Shown here: in pieces, positions 36,761 through 50,047 of the stretch | Numbering within the stretch: position 1 is the stretch's first letter | Layout of the letters: every line of letters begins with the position of its first letter | Assembly (NCBI GenBank): GCA_951406725.2 | Contig: OX597816.1 | Location: 111,848,001 to 111,912,000 of the forward strand | Length of the DNA: 64,000 nucleotides | Reading direction: 5' to 3' | DNA from: Octopus vulgaris | Taxonomy: Eukaryota | Notes under the pieces: model-generated | The model's database searches: none | The model's input: the letters and a program-made list of their open reading frames with translations, nothing else | Told to the model about the DNA's origin: nothing | Translations under genes and position numbers: made by a program

Positions 36761-38356
36761 TTATTTTACTTTAAAGGTGATATGTATTTGATAATTGGAA
36801 AATGCATCATATATATGCATTTATCTGAATATATATGTACCAATACACAGATGCTTGCATATATTTATTTACATTTATCTGCATGCTAAAAACATTAGAA
36901 TATACCAATAAATATATTTTAGTAGCATAATTTTCTTCATGATATTTATAGTAACTTAATCTTCTCAATCTAAAAATTTTTGAAATGCCTATTTTAAAAT
37001 TCTTTCCCTTACATGCCTGACTGGTCCCTAAACAATAGCAAAATGTGTGCATCAAACCAGAATAACTGTTTCTACCATCCCTTTATCTCAACCCACGTTT
37101 TACAATCACATATACTGTATTCTTATTGCTTTCCATTCTCTCCATTTCTTACACAACCAATTCTCTTACCTAACTACATCACATGTAATTTTCATTCACA
37201 TCACTCCACCCATCAAAGGAATACTCATTCAGAAAATATATGCAGCCAGGAAGGTCCAAAGTAAAGGATAGCCTAATGATGGCAGCTAAGCTGACACTTT
37301 AGCATCACTATCAACCTTTTTATTGAGAAAATTAATGAATATGTACTTCACAAAATAATATTGATTAATCCCTCAGTTTAATGTTCAATTTTATGTGCAT
37401 GTGTGTGTGTGTGCATGTATGTATGTATGTATGTGTGTGTTTGTGTGTGCGTGTGTGTGTGTGTGTGTGTATGTATGTGTGTGTTTGTGTGTGTGTGTAT
37501 GTAGATATATTTGGACATTTGTTTTAAGTTATTTATAGTCATAAGTTTTATTTTATTTCATTTGTCCTTTCCTTCTGCTTAACTTCTGGCTAACAGCCAG
37601 ATTTTGAAAATATTGTTTTACTAGCTTAAGGTGACCTGCTCTATGCATGGATGAGGGTGTGATTGTTACTTTCTGTTGCTTCCTTTTTGTTTCTTATTGC
37701 CACATTCTCCCTCTTTGTTTCTCTCTCACTTTCCCACTCTCTTACTCTTCCTTTCTCTCGGACTCTCCCTTGCTTTCTCTTACATGTGCACATAAAATCA
37801 CAAAAATAATTCAAAATTACTTAAAATTTTGTAAAATTTGATACTTTTTCTGGTATATTTTGACAGTTCATGATGCAAATGAAAGCTAAAATTTTGGCCT
37901 TTAACACAATGCTATTTTAACCCATGTCAACCAAATAATGCAAACAGGAAAAAATTAAATTCAAAAATAGGGCAAAAATGTACTCTTTTTAAAAGTTGAA
38001 AAATTTTAACCCCCTTTCCAAAGTACCCCAAATTTTTACACCCACAATTAAAGATAACTGCCTCTAGCAACACGAAAAGCCACCATTATTCAAACAACGC
38101 AACCTGTCTATCCCATAAAACCCAATTTTTCCCATATTCCTCACCATGGCAACCAAACTGTAGCCCTGAGTGACTTGCAACCCTCCTCACACCATTGCCC
38201 ACCCCATTTTACTCCCCAGTGTAAATTTTGGCACCAATCTGACCCCATCTACCGCCCCTTAAACCATTTCCATCCCAAAATGAGACAAACAACTTTTTCT
38301 CATTTCAGCTTTATAGATATTGATTACATGATACTCAGTAGTTTCATAGAGGTTTC

Positions 38357-38585
38357 TAGCTCTTTAGCATTTAAACCTGCCATATCTGGCCAAGATATTT
38401 TGCCTGTTTTACGTTCAATCTGGCCAGATCCTGTCTCTCACATCTACCCTGCAATGTCATTCTAAAAATAATCAATAACATCTTTGAAATCTCAAAGCTT
38501 TGAGATAATACAGGATTGGTGTTATAAAAAAGTAAATATATAAGTTACACACTTGACAAAGTAATCTGAATGCTAAAGGGCTTAG
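38357..38585. mobile_element. piggyBac-like MITE, family P1
   Basis: Ends CTTTAGCATT / AATGCTAAAGGG; homologous copies at 59209-59434 and, fragmented, 44380-46009 (ending AAAGGGTTAA). Confidence 0.7.
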
Positions 38586-38737
38586 GTAGATATATATTAT
38601 TCAATTTACAGAGAAATACCCATGTTTTATACCTTTGTTTTGTAAGTACAAGACATGCAAGACTCATACTTGAGTTACTTATGTAGCTATGCAGCTAAAC
38701 AGTAAGAAAATGTGTGTGCTTTTATGCAGACGAGTGT

Positions 38738-39480
38738 ATCATCATCATCATCATCATTAAATATCCACCTTCCATATTAGCATGGGTTGGACGGTTTGAC
38801 AGGAGCTGTGCAGAAGACTGCATCAGACTTCTGTGTCTGTTTTGGTATGGTTTTCACAGCTGGATGCCCTTCCAAATGCCAACCCCTTTACAGTTTGGGC
38901 TGGATGCTTTTTATGTGGCACCAGCACAGGCAGGGTAACCTGTGAGACAAAGATCCTTTGAGAGAGGCTGGAGCATTGGAAGAGGTAATCATGTGTCAGA
39001 TGATGAAAGGTTAGAGTGTAACAGAGAGACAGAAACAGGTGTCTTGCTGTAGAGGAGGTACATGGTTACCTGGCAAAAGATAGAGGGAGGGAGGGAGAGA
39101 GAAAGAGGACAGAAACAGATGTGCTGTTGTAAAGATACATGATTACCCAACCTGAGAGAAGAGCAAGAGAAGGAAAGAGAGACAGACAGACAGCAAGAGT
39201 GCAAGAGAGAGCAGGACAGAGATGGTGGCAAAGTGCCAGGGCTTCCTTAGAAGGGATGGAGATCAGAATATAAGTGGGATAGTAAAGGAAGAGAGAAATA
39301 GATGGTGGTAAGTGCCAGGGTATGCCCTCAAGGGATGGGGATCAGAATATAAATGGGATGGTAAAGGAAGAGAGGGATAGATGGCTGCAAGTGCCAGGGC
39401 TTCCTTAGAAGGGATGGGGAACAGAATATAAATGGGATGGTAGAGTAAAACAAGAGATAGATAGATGGTGACAATAAACC
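38738..39480 (-). mobile_element. RTE 3'-UTR-derived element with an internal ~70-80 bp tandem triplication
   Basis: (CAT)n tail and GGATGCCCTTCC box; three copies of GATGG..AGTGCCAGGG..AAGGGATGG..CAGAATATAA.TGGGAT at 39221-39470. Confidence 0.7.
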
Positions 39481-39765
39481 TGTGTTAACAGTGCAGTAGG
39501 TAGGCTGTTTCTTGTCATCAAAAACTAAAGCTGTGTCTGTTTCAAAGAGGACATATTGTGTTAATTACACAACTAAACATTGTATACTATAAGTGAGTAG
39601 TATAAGATATGGATTCAGAGAATTGTGCAGCTGTCACAGTAAGCTCCTCATAAGAACTTGACTATCAGTCTACATAGTAATCAATTACAAACTAGAAAAA
39701 TATAAACTGTCTACGAAACTGAAAATCCAGAAAACCTGAACAATAAAATTATTTTGTGAGGAGTA

Positions 39766-40269
39766 CCGTAATTCCTCGAGTATAATCCGCATTTTTTCCC
39801 AAACTTTAAAGGTCTAAATCCCTAGTCCGTACTATATACGAGGTTTAAAAGGAAAAATATTTTCTAAGCAACGTCCGAGTCTCTATTTGCTGTCTGGCAA
39901 TGTTTATTCAGATGTATTTTGTGATGTTGGGTGCAAAAATACCTTAAGCTAAGCCTGAAAGCAATGAAGTCATAAAAGAATCATCGATAACTTGCAATAA
40001 GCAACATTTATTAAAATAAAAGTATTCAGAACACAGAACAATTTGCAAACATATTTACATTCCCATATAACAGTTAAGAATATCACCATTATTGTATTAC
40101 GCATGTGCAGAAGTGTTTGTTCGACTAGGTGCTGCTGGCTTAATTACGACAACTCAAGTTAGAGAAGGAGTGCATATTATATACAAGGTTTAGAATTTTC
40201 AGAGATACAGCCCCCTAAAAATCCCTTGCGTATTATACTCAAGGGCAGACTATACTCAAGGATTTATGG
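39766..40269. mobile_element. Tc2/pogo-type non-autonomous DNA transposon
   Basis: TA-flanked TIRs CCGTAATTCCTCGAGTATAATCCGC / GCAGACTATACTCAAGGATTTATGG; subterminal repeats of TATATACGAGG. Confidence 0.82.
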
Positions 40270-40673
40270 TATATAAAAATATAAAGCCAGGAGGTATAGA
40301 GAGGTGAATATAGATTATTTAACAATGTGACTTCCACAGGATTATGGCCATTTCACAACCTTATTAATTTCAGTATGCAAGAAATTATGCATATACGTTT
40401 GCATTAATATGTATGCTTTGGAATAGTTCAACTGTTGATGTAACCATGATATCCTGGTGATCTGATGAGGCGAGCTTTCTTTATTTGCATAAATTTGTGA
40501 ATATACGATTGTATTGTATAATGCTGAGCTCACATATTAATGCAAGCATGGATGCATAATTTCTTTCATACTGGAATTTTTACTATGAAGAACATTGTGA
40601 AATAGTTGTAATCCTATAGAAGTCGTGTAACTAAAGAAATCTAACTATATTCACCTCTTATACATCCTAACAT

Positions 40674-40709
40674 TATGTATGTATGTATGTATGTATGTAT
40701 GTATGTATG

Positions 40710-40741
<32 letters not shown>

Positions 40742-40764
40742 GGTAGATAGATAGATAGATAGAC

Positions 40765-40808
<44 letters not shown>

Positions 40809-40875
40809 GGACAGGCAGACAGACAGACAAACAGACAGGCGGACAGACAGACAGATTGATAGATACGTAGATAGA
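40674..40875. repeat. Compound tetranucleotide microsatellite (TATG)n-(TAGA)n-(CAGA)n
   Basis: Direct reading; one of many microsatellites in the window, e.g. (TA)n 5826-5895, (TG)n 16352-16425, (CA)n 48606-48778. Confidence 0.95.
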
Positions 40876-41194
40876 TGAGCTGATGGGGTGGAATCAAACT
40901 GTTTTAAATAATAATAATATGAATAATAATAATAACAACAACAACAATAATCTCATAGCGTCTATTGCCATTAGCAGCCAATGAAAATGCATCATAGCTC
41001 TTCACTCCTACATTCAAAAGTCCAAGTACTATAATGACAACTTATTGTTTATCCTAAATTATAAATATATGAATAATCCTCTATTTACCTAATATCAAGG
41101 TCTCATTCGTTTGTTGTCACTTATTATTATTATTATATACATATTATTTATTATTATTATGTATATATTATATATATCTGTGTATATGTAATAC

Positions 41195-41370
41195 ACACAC
41201 ACATACACACACACAAGGCACTTTCATACAGTTGCTGTTCTACCAAATTCACTCACAAGACATTGGTTGGCCTGGGTTTTAGTAGAAGATACTTGTCGAA
41301 GGTGCTGCACAGTGGAGTTGAAGCCAAAACCAAATAATTGCAAAGTGAGTTTCTTAACCACACAGCCATA
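41195..41370 (-). mobile_element. SINE family B, 5' half, diverged
   Basis: CTACCAAATTCACTCACAAG..AGTAGAAGATACTTG..CTTAACCACACAGCCAT. Confidence 0.7.
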
Positions 41371-42045
41371 GCATAGCATTATAATTATATACAGAAGTGG
41401 ATCCTCCTCTCCTGATATTTGGTTTTGATTTTGTTCTTGCTGGATATTGGTTAAAAACCATAACTTTATTAGAAAAATAAAATTTTCGTTCCAGCCTCTT
41501 CCTTTCTCACCTTTTACTTCTTTTATGACTAACTTCAGGAATATTTTTACTCCTCAGCTTCAGCTGAAAGATCACTGCTATTTATGCTTGGAAGCACAAT
41601 AGGACCAGAATTATTAAGATTTAGAAGATAAAATAATAATGTTAAAATGGATGCTATTGAAGCATAAATACAACCAGGATAATACAAATTGCTGTTTCAA
41701 AGGTAGAAAAGCGTAAAAACAAAAACATATTTTTAATAATCAAGGAGTAAAAAAGAAAAAAAAATCATAGCTACAACTATATAAATAAACATGATGAGAT
41801 GAACCAAACCAAAAAGTGAACAAGGATTTTCACCGTTACGCTGCTACACAGTAAAAATCATTAATTTAAACCACTTTACAATTCATGCTTCAAATTAGTC
41901 CAATCTCATTTTGATCCATCTGTTCCAAATTTGAATATTTGGTATGAGAAGCAGCAGACATGGACATAGGTTCCAAGCATATAATCACAAAATATTTTAT
42001 ACATTCAGAACTTGATTAGAACTATGAGGGATACATATACATACA

Positions 42046-42450
42046 TATCTTTTATTTGTTTCAGTCATTAGACAGTGGTCATGCTGGAGCACTATCTTTA
42101 GGAACTTTTAGTTGAATGAATCGCCCCTACCAGTACATATTTTTGTTTGTTTTTTTTTTAGCCTGGTACTTATCCTATTGGTATCTTTCTGCTGAACCAT
42201 TAAGCTATAGGGACATAAACAAACCAACACCAGTTGTGAAGTGGTGGTGGGGGACAAACACAGACATGAAGACACATACATACACATGTATGTATTATAT
42301 ATATATGACAGGCTTCTTTCAGTTTCCATCTACCAAATCCACTCACAAGGCTTTGATCCGCCTGTGGCTTTAGTAGAAGACACTTACCTAAGGTGCTATG
42401 CAGTGAAACCATGTGGCTCAGAAGCAAGCTTCTTACCACACGGCCACACT
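42046..42450 (-). mobile_element. SINE family B
   Basis: Colinear with 45018-45440, including the internal microsatellite. Confidence 0.85.
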
Positions 42451-42547
42451 TATGTGTATATGTAAATATGAATATTTATTTATTTATTTAGACAAAATGA
42501 CAGACAGACAGATAAATAGATGGATAAATAAATATACACACATATAT

Positions 42548-42925
42548 ATCATCATCATCATCGTCGATTAACATCCGTTTTCCATGCTGGCATGGGTTGG
42601 ACGGTTTGACTGAGGTCAAGAGAGCCAACGGCTGCACCAGACTCCAGTCTGATCTGGCAGAGTTTCTACAACTGGATGCCCTTCTTAATGCCAACCACTC
42701 TGAGAGTGCAATGTGTGCTTTTTACATGCTACTGGCACAGGGGCTATTAAGGCGAGCTGGCAACGATCATGTTCAGATGGTGCTTTTTATGTGCCACCAG
42801 CATCGGTCACAATGGGTTTGCACTTTTTACATGCCACTGGCACCAGAGGTAGTAAGGCGGGCCTAGCAACGAACACATTCAGATGGTGCTTTTTATGTGC
42901 CAGAAACAGGAGTGACAGTGATTTC
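42548..42925 (-). mobile_element. RTE 3'-UTR-derived short repeat
   Basis: (CAT)n tail, GGATGCCCTTC box, internal repeats GGTGCTTTTTATGTGCCA. Confidence 0.85.
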
Positions 42926-43099
42926 AAAATTTCAGAATGCTAGTGTCTGTTAGACTGTTCAATGAAGGCTAACAAATTTTTTTTTTAATCCCAATCACAA
43001 TTCTACTGAACCAATGTTAAAGAATCACATGATAATGAAATTATTTAATATTTCAGTACAAAGAAACAAAAGTAAGTCTTTAACAGTCAAATTTTTTAA

Positions 43100-44325
43100 C
43101 CTCTTAACATACACATTTTTTTTTCAATTTCCATGCAAAAATTTTTTTTTTATTATCTGTTTTGAATCTGTATATAAAGAAGAATAAGTACACAAATCGT
43201 TTTGGATCATTTATGATATATTATGAAGTTACTGATAGAAATTCTAGTTATTGATAGTTAATGATAATAATGGAAGTCAAAGAATTCGATAATGATGTCA
43301 GTGATGCTGGAGGTGGGAGCAGAACCCAACGGTGGATGCACAGATGCGGCCACATGTTGGGCATGTAACAGCGGAAGTAGGGTTGGGGATCCTCTCTTTT
43401 CGGGCTTGTTGCTTCTGGTCCAGGCTCTTGAGGTGCTTTTCCTTGAACAATCTAACACCTTTTTGGACAGCTAGACACCAGGCACCACGGTTAGAGGCAA
43501 GCTATTCCTAGTCATGGGCTGAAATGCCACAAGCCTCAAGGGGAGTTTTAAGGCTGTCCTTGTATCAACTCAGTAGCCTTCCAGGGTTTCTTGCTCCAGA
43601 AGCCAGCTCAGAGAAGGAGATTGTCTTTGGTAGATGCTCATCATCCATTTGGACAACATGTCCGACCCACCGGAGCTGGGCCTTCATGATGAGGGCTTCG
43701 ATCCTGGGCATTTTGGCTCTGCAAAGCACCTCAGTGCTGGAGACTCTGTCCTCCCGGGAAATTCCCATGATTCGTCGCAAGCAGTAGAGGTGGAACTGGT
43801 CAAGTACTCGCATTTGCCTCCTATACAGCATTCACGTCCCACAGCCGTAGAACAGAGAGGTGATGACGACTGCCCTATAGACCACCAGCTTGGTGGAAAG
43901 TCTGATGCCTCGTTTGGCCCATACACATGTCCAAAGTCTGCCAAACAAAGCTCCTGCTTTTGCAAGCCTCATGGAGACATCTTTGTCCATGCTGCAGTTT
44001 GAGAACAGGCAGCTTCCCATGTATGTAAAGCTCTCCACGTTGTTCAGAGTTGTGCCCTCAATCTCAATCTGAGGCCCAGAAGGTGTCAGGCCAGGTGCAG
44101 GCTGAAGCATCACTTCAGTTTTTCACAGGTTAATGGTCAGTCCTAAGGCTTTTGCTGCTTCTGCAATAGTTAATGATAGAAAATAGGAATAACATCATGA
44201 ACAAAGTATTTTGGGTTAGAAATAAGTGACAGATATCTCAGAGTACAGTGAATGTATATTTTCATTCAAATATATATTTACTAGACATCTCTGAATGAAA
44301 ATATACGGGTTAATATGTTAAAAGG
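43100..44325. mobile_element. piggyBac-like MITE interrupted by an RTE LINE
   Basis: TTAA-CCTCTTAACATA ... TATGTTAAAAGG-TTAA. Confidence 0.7.
43267..44165 (-). mobile_element. 5'-truncated RTE/BovB-like LINE with TSD
   Basis: VESFTYMGS, GIRLSTKLVVYRAVVITSLFYGC.TW, QLRWVGHVVQM, terminal CPTCGRICASTVGFCSHLQHH finger; 13-bp TSD ATAGTTAATGATA at 43254-43266 / 44166-44178. Confidence 0.92.
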
Positions 44326-44411
44326 TTAACTAAAATGAAAGAAAAGTACTCAAAGATATTTTATGAGGAAGCAATCCTTCAACTCTTTAGCATTCAGATT
44401 ACTATTGTTAA

Positions 44412-45012
44412 CCCTTCATTGGCTGGCGGGGTTTGAATTACACAAAAAGCCATTGGGGTCCCAAGGGACACCCTTTTATTTTTGCACATTTCCACACTAG
44501 CCATAAAGTAATATTTCTTTAATCTTGTATATATGTGTGAGTGCATGATACAGAACAAGAAATTTAGCACTTTATAGGTATATATTTGAAATTATTAGTG
44601 TTTAATGGAGGGGAATTAAAATATAATTTATTGACTGTAAAATACCTTTATTGAAAGAAATCAACATTTTTTTATAGTTTTATAAACTACACATATAGCT
44701 CTAAATATAAAATAAAACAAAATTATTTAGTATTTCGATTCATACCAGTACATATACAAAGAAAACTTAACTTGTAGTTCATCAGAATATCTGGAAAAAG
44801 AAGAGAAAAAAATAATTTCACAGAAAGCCAAGGGGGTCCAGTTGGACCCCAATGACCATTTTTATGCTATAACTGGACATTTTCCATGTGCATACATAAA
44901 CTATTGACAATAAAAGTCATGAGATATAAAATCATTTAAATATAAAAAGTAGAAGTTGCATTACTTTTAAAATTTGCTGGGGTCCCAAGGGACCACGCCA
45001 GCCCATGAAGGA
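44412..45012. mobile_element. piggyBac-like MITE, family P2
   Basis: TTAA-CCCTTCATTGGCTGGCG ... CGCCAGCCCATGAAGGA; internal palindromic repeats GGGGTCCCAAGGGAC and GGGGTCCAGTTGGACCCC. Confidence 0.8.
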
Positions 45013-45017
45013 TTCTC

Positions 45018-45229
45018 GTTTACTCTTTTACTTGTTTCAGTCATTTGACTGTGGCCATGCTGGAGCACCGCCTTTAGTCGAGCAAATCGACCCCAGGACT
45101 TATTCTTTGCAAGCCTAGTACTTATTCAATCGGTCTCTTTTGCCGAACTGCTAAGTTATGGGGACATAAACACACCAGCATCGGTTGTCAAGCGATGTTG
45201 AGGGGACAAACACAGACACACAAACATAT

Positions 45230-45280
<51 letters not shown>

Positions 45281-45440
45281 AGGCTTCTTTCAGTTTCCGT
45301 CTACCATATCCACTCACAAGGCTTTGGTCTGCCCAAGGCTATAGTAGAAGACACTTGCCCAAGGTGCCACATAGTGGGACTGAACCCGGAACCATGTGGC
45401 TGGTAAGCAAGCTACTTACCACACAGCCACTACTACGCCT
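45018..45440 (-). mobile_element. tRNA-derived SINE, family B, full length
   Basis: Minus strand A-box TGGCTGTGTGG, B-box GGTTCAGTCC, CCTTGGGCAAG box, internal (TA)n/(TG)n tract, tail GTAAAAGAGTAAA. Confidence 0.88.
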
Positions 45441-45496
45441 AATTCACATTGTTTTGAATTAACCATGTGTTATCCCATAACTTCAAGATTTCAATA

Positions 45497-45820
45497 GAAG
45501 GCATGTGGCTTAGTAGTGAAGGCATTTGGTCCATGACAGCAAGGTTGTGAGTTCAATTCCCAAAAGCACATAGTATCCTTGTGCAAGACACTTTACTCCA
45601 CTCTGCTCCAGTTCATTCAGCTGCCAAAAATGAATAGTAACTTTATTTCAAAGAGCCAACCTTGTCACGTTCTGGGTCACACTGAATCTCCCTGAAAACT
45701 ATGTTAAGGGTACACGTGTCTGTGGAGTGCTCAACCGCTTGTGCCTTAATTTCATGAGCAGGCTGTTTCGCTGGTTGGATCAACTGAAATCCTCATTATC
45801 ATAACCAACAGAATGCCAGA
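45497..45820 (+). mobile_element. tRNA-derived SINE, family C-related
   Basis: A-box TGGCTTAGTAG, B-box GAGTTCAATTCC, CTTGTGCAAGACACTTTA and GCTCCAGTTCATTCAG shared with 56053-56190. Confidence 0.7.
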
Positions 45821-47081
45821 TTTCTATGATTTCAATGATGTGATTGTTTAGTTTTATTTGGCAGTGTTTCTACAGCTGGATGCCCTTCCTAACGCCATAT
45901 CAGATTTATGATTATAGGATAGGTGTTAGAAGCTGGATCTGGCCAATTTTAACATAAAGCAGATAGAACAATTGGGCCAGATATGGCCAATTTAAATGTT
46001 AAAGGGTTAAATTGAAACATAAATTATATAGAAGGTTGCTGTGAGCACAGACAAGATGGAGAATAGAAATCTAGTCACCTTTACAGTTAGTGAGGTGCTA
46101 TATGGACATAAAATACAAAGATGGTTTTGTCTCTGTTGTTATATTTTATTATTTACTGCACAATCTGAAATTTAAATAAAAAAGTAAAAAAGAAACAGCT
46201 TGCTTTAGTTTTTTGTTTGTGCTAAAATACACAAACTTCAACTTTATACATGTATGCACACGAACACAAACACACACACACACACACACACACTCTCTCT
46301 CTCTCTATCTATCTATCTCTCTTTCTCTTTCAAAATAAAATCTGTTGGAAATTTACAGACAGAAAATTTTAAGTTTAAAAACTTTTGTCACACTTTCTTT
46401 CACTCTATAACTCTCCATTGCTTCTGATACATTCTCACCTTTCTGTTTTCAGTATTATCCAAAAATTTATGAATAGTTTATATCTTCATAACCACATATT
46501 CTTTCATATAACCATATTAATATATTAATACTTCATGGATAACTCCACACTGGAAGAAGATATTCGTAATAGAAAACTCTGGATGCCATAATTCCCAATC
46601 ATATCTTTCTATGTCAGATGATCTGTACCATGTGTATCTATTGAAATATTCATTCAGGATAAATTAGTGTCTCATCTACATTTAAAGATGCAATGACCCT
46701 GAGAAAAATAACAGCCATAACCTTTGTTGGTCAAATTTGGTATCTAGCTAGATCATTTGGTAACAATTGCTTTTGATAAGACTTTCTGGAGAGCTTCCCT
46801 GAGAATTTTACCTCCACAAGAAGTGGGTGGGGAAGATGGTTCAAAAAAATATCACCTTATTATCTATTTTACATTCATTTGATAAGATAATTAGCCTGAA
46901 ACATTCTGCAGTTCATATATCTTTAATTGATAAATAAGTATTAATTCTTGATGTTTACTGCATTTCAAGTTTTCGTTTGATAGTGACTACTAGTGATATT
47001 GCTAGCCTTCTGTGTGAACATATGTATGTGCATGTGTGAGTGTGTGTGTGTGCGTCTGTGTGTGTCTGTGTGCATGTATAT

Positions 47082-47671
47082 GTGATGCATTCTAGAAGTT
47101 TTGAAACTTTTTTAGGAGAAGCAGTTATTGTAATTTGTGGATATCATTACCATATTTATAATAAGCTAATCTGCCAACTTTTCATCCCATTTTGAAGGAG
47201 ACAACTGTAACAGTACTTTGAACACACCTCACTAAGCACTACTTCTCACAACTGACTAACTTGCAGTATGTAGTTGGGACATAAAGACAATTTGGAAGCT
47301 TTTTATGCAATAAAGTTTTGTGTTAAACTGGACAAAAACACTACAGAAACTTGTGAGATGTTCCACACTGCTTATGGATTATCTTGTATGAGTGAAACAT
47401 GTGTTTTGTTAGCTCAAGAGACCAAGAAAAGCAAGATTACCAGGAAGCTCATGATGATTCCTTTTTTTGACAGTAAGGTCATCATCAGTATCCACTGGGC
47501 TACTTTCTGAGGGTTTTGAGGGAGTTCAAGAAGAGTTTTTGTTGCAAAAGACTAGAGCACTACAACAAATGCATTGAAGTTAGAGGATTCTACTTTGAAG
47601 GAAATTAGAGTTTTGTACTTTTTAAATGGATGTCTCTCCTGAAAAAATCTCAAAATTTCTGGAATGCTTCT
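47082..47671 (+). mobile_element. Internally deleted mariner element
   Basis: Imperfect ~35-bp TIRs GCATTCTAGAAGTTTTGAAACTTTTTAGGAG / CTCCTGAAAAAATCTCAAAATTTCTGGAATGC; peptides YAIKFCVKLDKNTTET and KLMMIPFFDSK. Confidence 0.8.
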
Positions 47672-47715
47672 TACACATGCATGCATGCATGCGTGCGTAC
47701 ATACACACATACATA

Positions 47716-48610
47716 CATACATACATACATACAATCATATGCCAGATTACTACCTCCCACTTTGAAGGGTATGCATTTGCAATCCAGTAACAAGAAATAT
47801 CAACCAAGTACCTAATGCTCAAAAGGGATAGAGATGCGAGTAAAGCTGTAAATGCAGACTTTGAGGAGTTCACACTGAAGATATCACCCACATCATAAGC
47901 AGTTGTCCAAAAATGTCATCACGGTATTATCTACCTATGAGACATGACGTTGTAGCTGGGACACTCTTTAATGAAGTCCATCGGAAGGATGATCCCGAGG
48001 ACAAAGAAATAATATGGTAGAAGTCATAGCCACCCATAATAAAAAGGAATACTGGTGGAATGTACCGGCAAAGACCTCAATAAATTTAAGCAAAACAGAC
48101 CTGATATAATGATTTGGCATAGAGAAGAGAAACTATGCACAGTTAAAGCTGAAGATCAGTGAAAAAGAGAACACCTATGCTGAACTATTGAGAAATCTGC
48201 AGTTACACTATCCAGATTACAAGTTCAGGTTTATACCTGTAATTATTGGGGCCCTGGGATATGTAACACACTGCCTAAATACCAATCTTGAGAAATTAGG
48301 CTTTTCAAAACAAAAAAAATAGAAAACTAACTCGAAGACTACAGATCCAATCCATCACTGGAACTGTAAAAGTCTGTAAAACTTTCCAGAAGTTTCTCAT
48401 TTAAATATATATGAACATGTATAGATATGCAACTATATGCCTGAAAATATATACATAAAACATACAAATTTGTACGTACATACATACATACAAACAAAAA
48501 TACCCTGTTGTTGATGTTGAAATTCCAATGAAGGAACCTTGGATCTAGGTTAGAAACCGGTTCTTTCTCTATTAGCAAGAAATCTTGAAATAAACTGAAT
48601 AATGACATAC
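47716..48610 (+). mobile_element. R4/Dong-like LINE 3' portion (zinc knuckle, REL endonuclease, 3' UTR) inserted in a (CATA)/(CA) microsatellite
   Basis: AFAIQ*QEISTKY, EDITHIISSCPKMS..RHDVVA, NRPDIMIW, EKENTYAEL, FIPVIIGALGYV, TGTVKVCKTF. Confidence 0.85.
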
Positions 48611-48666
48611 ATACACACACACACACACGTACACACATACATACACACATACATATAAACACACAT

Positions 48667-48769
<103 letters not shown>

Positions 48770-49170
48770 TACATACATTCTAAAATATCACTGCAGTTTT
48801 CTGTATTTTGAGAGTCTTATCAAAAGCAACAGTTAGCATTTAGAAATGGAGAGACAAAGAGAAGAAACAATCTCAGTACAGGATTTGTACTCCATTTATC
48901 AACCCCCAAGAAACTGGAAAGCAAATTTGATCTCAGCAATATTTGAACTTAGAGTACAGAGAACTAGAACAATTGCCACAAGGCAATTTATCCTATATTT
49001 CAACAACTTGATCAATTTTCCATCTCACACTCACACACTCTGTGTTTCAAATGCTGAAGAACAAAAGTGTTTACATATAATACTTAAACTTCTTTCCAAA
49101 AAGTTTTTGTTACACTGTTTGTCAAAAGCATTTTTAAAAAGTCAACAATTTTTGAGAAAATTTTTCTTTA

Positions 49171-49386
49171 TAAGGAGTCCTGAAAAGTTCCTGATTTTAA
49201 GGTTATTGCAAAAGGCCTGGTTGAATGTTCAAACTTCTTAGTTCTTTTACATGGCTTACAAAAACTGAAGGACCACTGCAACAAGTTTATGAATCTGAGA
49301 GGGGAATATATTGATTAAAATCATAATTAACTGATCTTTCTGTATTTTCCTTTACCCAAAGCCAGGAACTTTCAGCACACCCTTGT
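49171..49386. mobile_element. Mariner-type MITE, inverted homolog of 5896-6110
   Basis: TIR CTGAAAAGTTCCTG / CAGGAACTTTCAG; interior homologous to 5896-6110. Confidence 0.7.
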
Positions 49387-49524
49387 ATATAGTCCAAAGA
49401 ATTTCTAATAGAAAATTCCTTACACATCTAACTTGTAAAAGTTTGTAATTCCTATTACCGAATAAAACATGTGTAATGGTAAATAAATAATACCAAAAAT
49501 TTCCACATTCCTGCTTTGTAATAT

Positions 49525-49805
49525 ATCATCATCACCATCAACATCTTTTAACACCCATTGTCCATGCTGGCATGGGTTCGACGGTTCGATCAGGGCTGGT
49601 AAGCTGAGGGGCTGCATCAGACTCCAGTCTCATTTGGCATGGTTTCTATGGCTGGATGTCCTTTCTAATGCCAACCACTCTATGAGTGAAATGGGTGTTT
49701 TTATGTGCCACTGGCATGGGTGCTATTTGCATGACATCATTATCCGACATAACTATGATTACATTTAGCTTGATGGGTCTTCTTCTCAGGCATGGCATAT
49801 TGCTA
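49525..49805 (-). mobile_element. RTE 3'-UTR-derived short repeat
   Basis: (CAT)n tail, CCATGCTGGCATGGGTT and GCTGCATCAGACTCCAGTCT match other copies. Confidence 0.8.
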
Positions 49806-49974
49806 ATATATATATATATATATAAGCTTATAAAATACTGCAATTATTGTTTACAGAATTGTAAAAATCGATGCTGCTTAACAACATCATTGCAGTAAAA
49901 GCACATGAAAGTTTGCATACAAAAACAACTACAAACTAATTATAGTTTTTAAATCTGACAGAAAGAAACAGGCT

Positions 49975-50047
49975 GGTGTATTGGTGTAATGGTAGCACAC
50001 TTGGTCACATAAACAAAGAGGTGTGGGTTCAAGTCCCACGCATATGA
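49975..50047 (+). tRNA. tRNA-like gene or pseudogene, copy 1 (possible CAT anticodon, expanded anticodon arm)
   Basis: A-box TGGTGTAATGG with D stem GTG/CAC; perfect T arm GTGGG-TTCAAGT-CCCAC; 19-nt anticodon arm CTTGGT-CACATAA-ACAAAG; weak acceptor stem; TTTT about 11 nt downstream. Confidence 0.6.

Larger units (their letters stand above)
44380..46009. mobile_element. P1 MITE fragmented by several later insertions
   Basis: Pieces at 44380-44407, 45441-45495, 45825-45857 and 45910-46009 join into the reverse complement of 59209-59434. Confidence 0.7.

Noticed and set aside
37625-38340. Possible TTAA-type DNA transposon remnant
   Set aside because: No matching terminal inverted repeat could be identified
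46079-46164. Minus-strand exon with TTTCAG acceptor and AAG/GTGACT donor
   Set aside because: Stops in all three frames and no independent support; could only be non-coding
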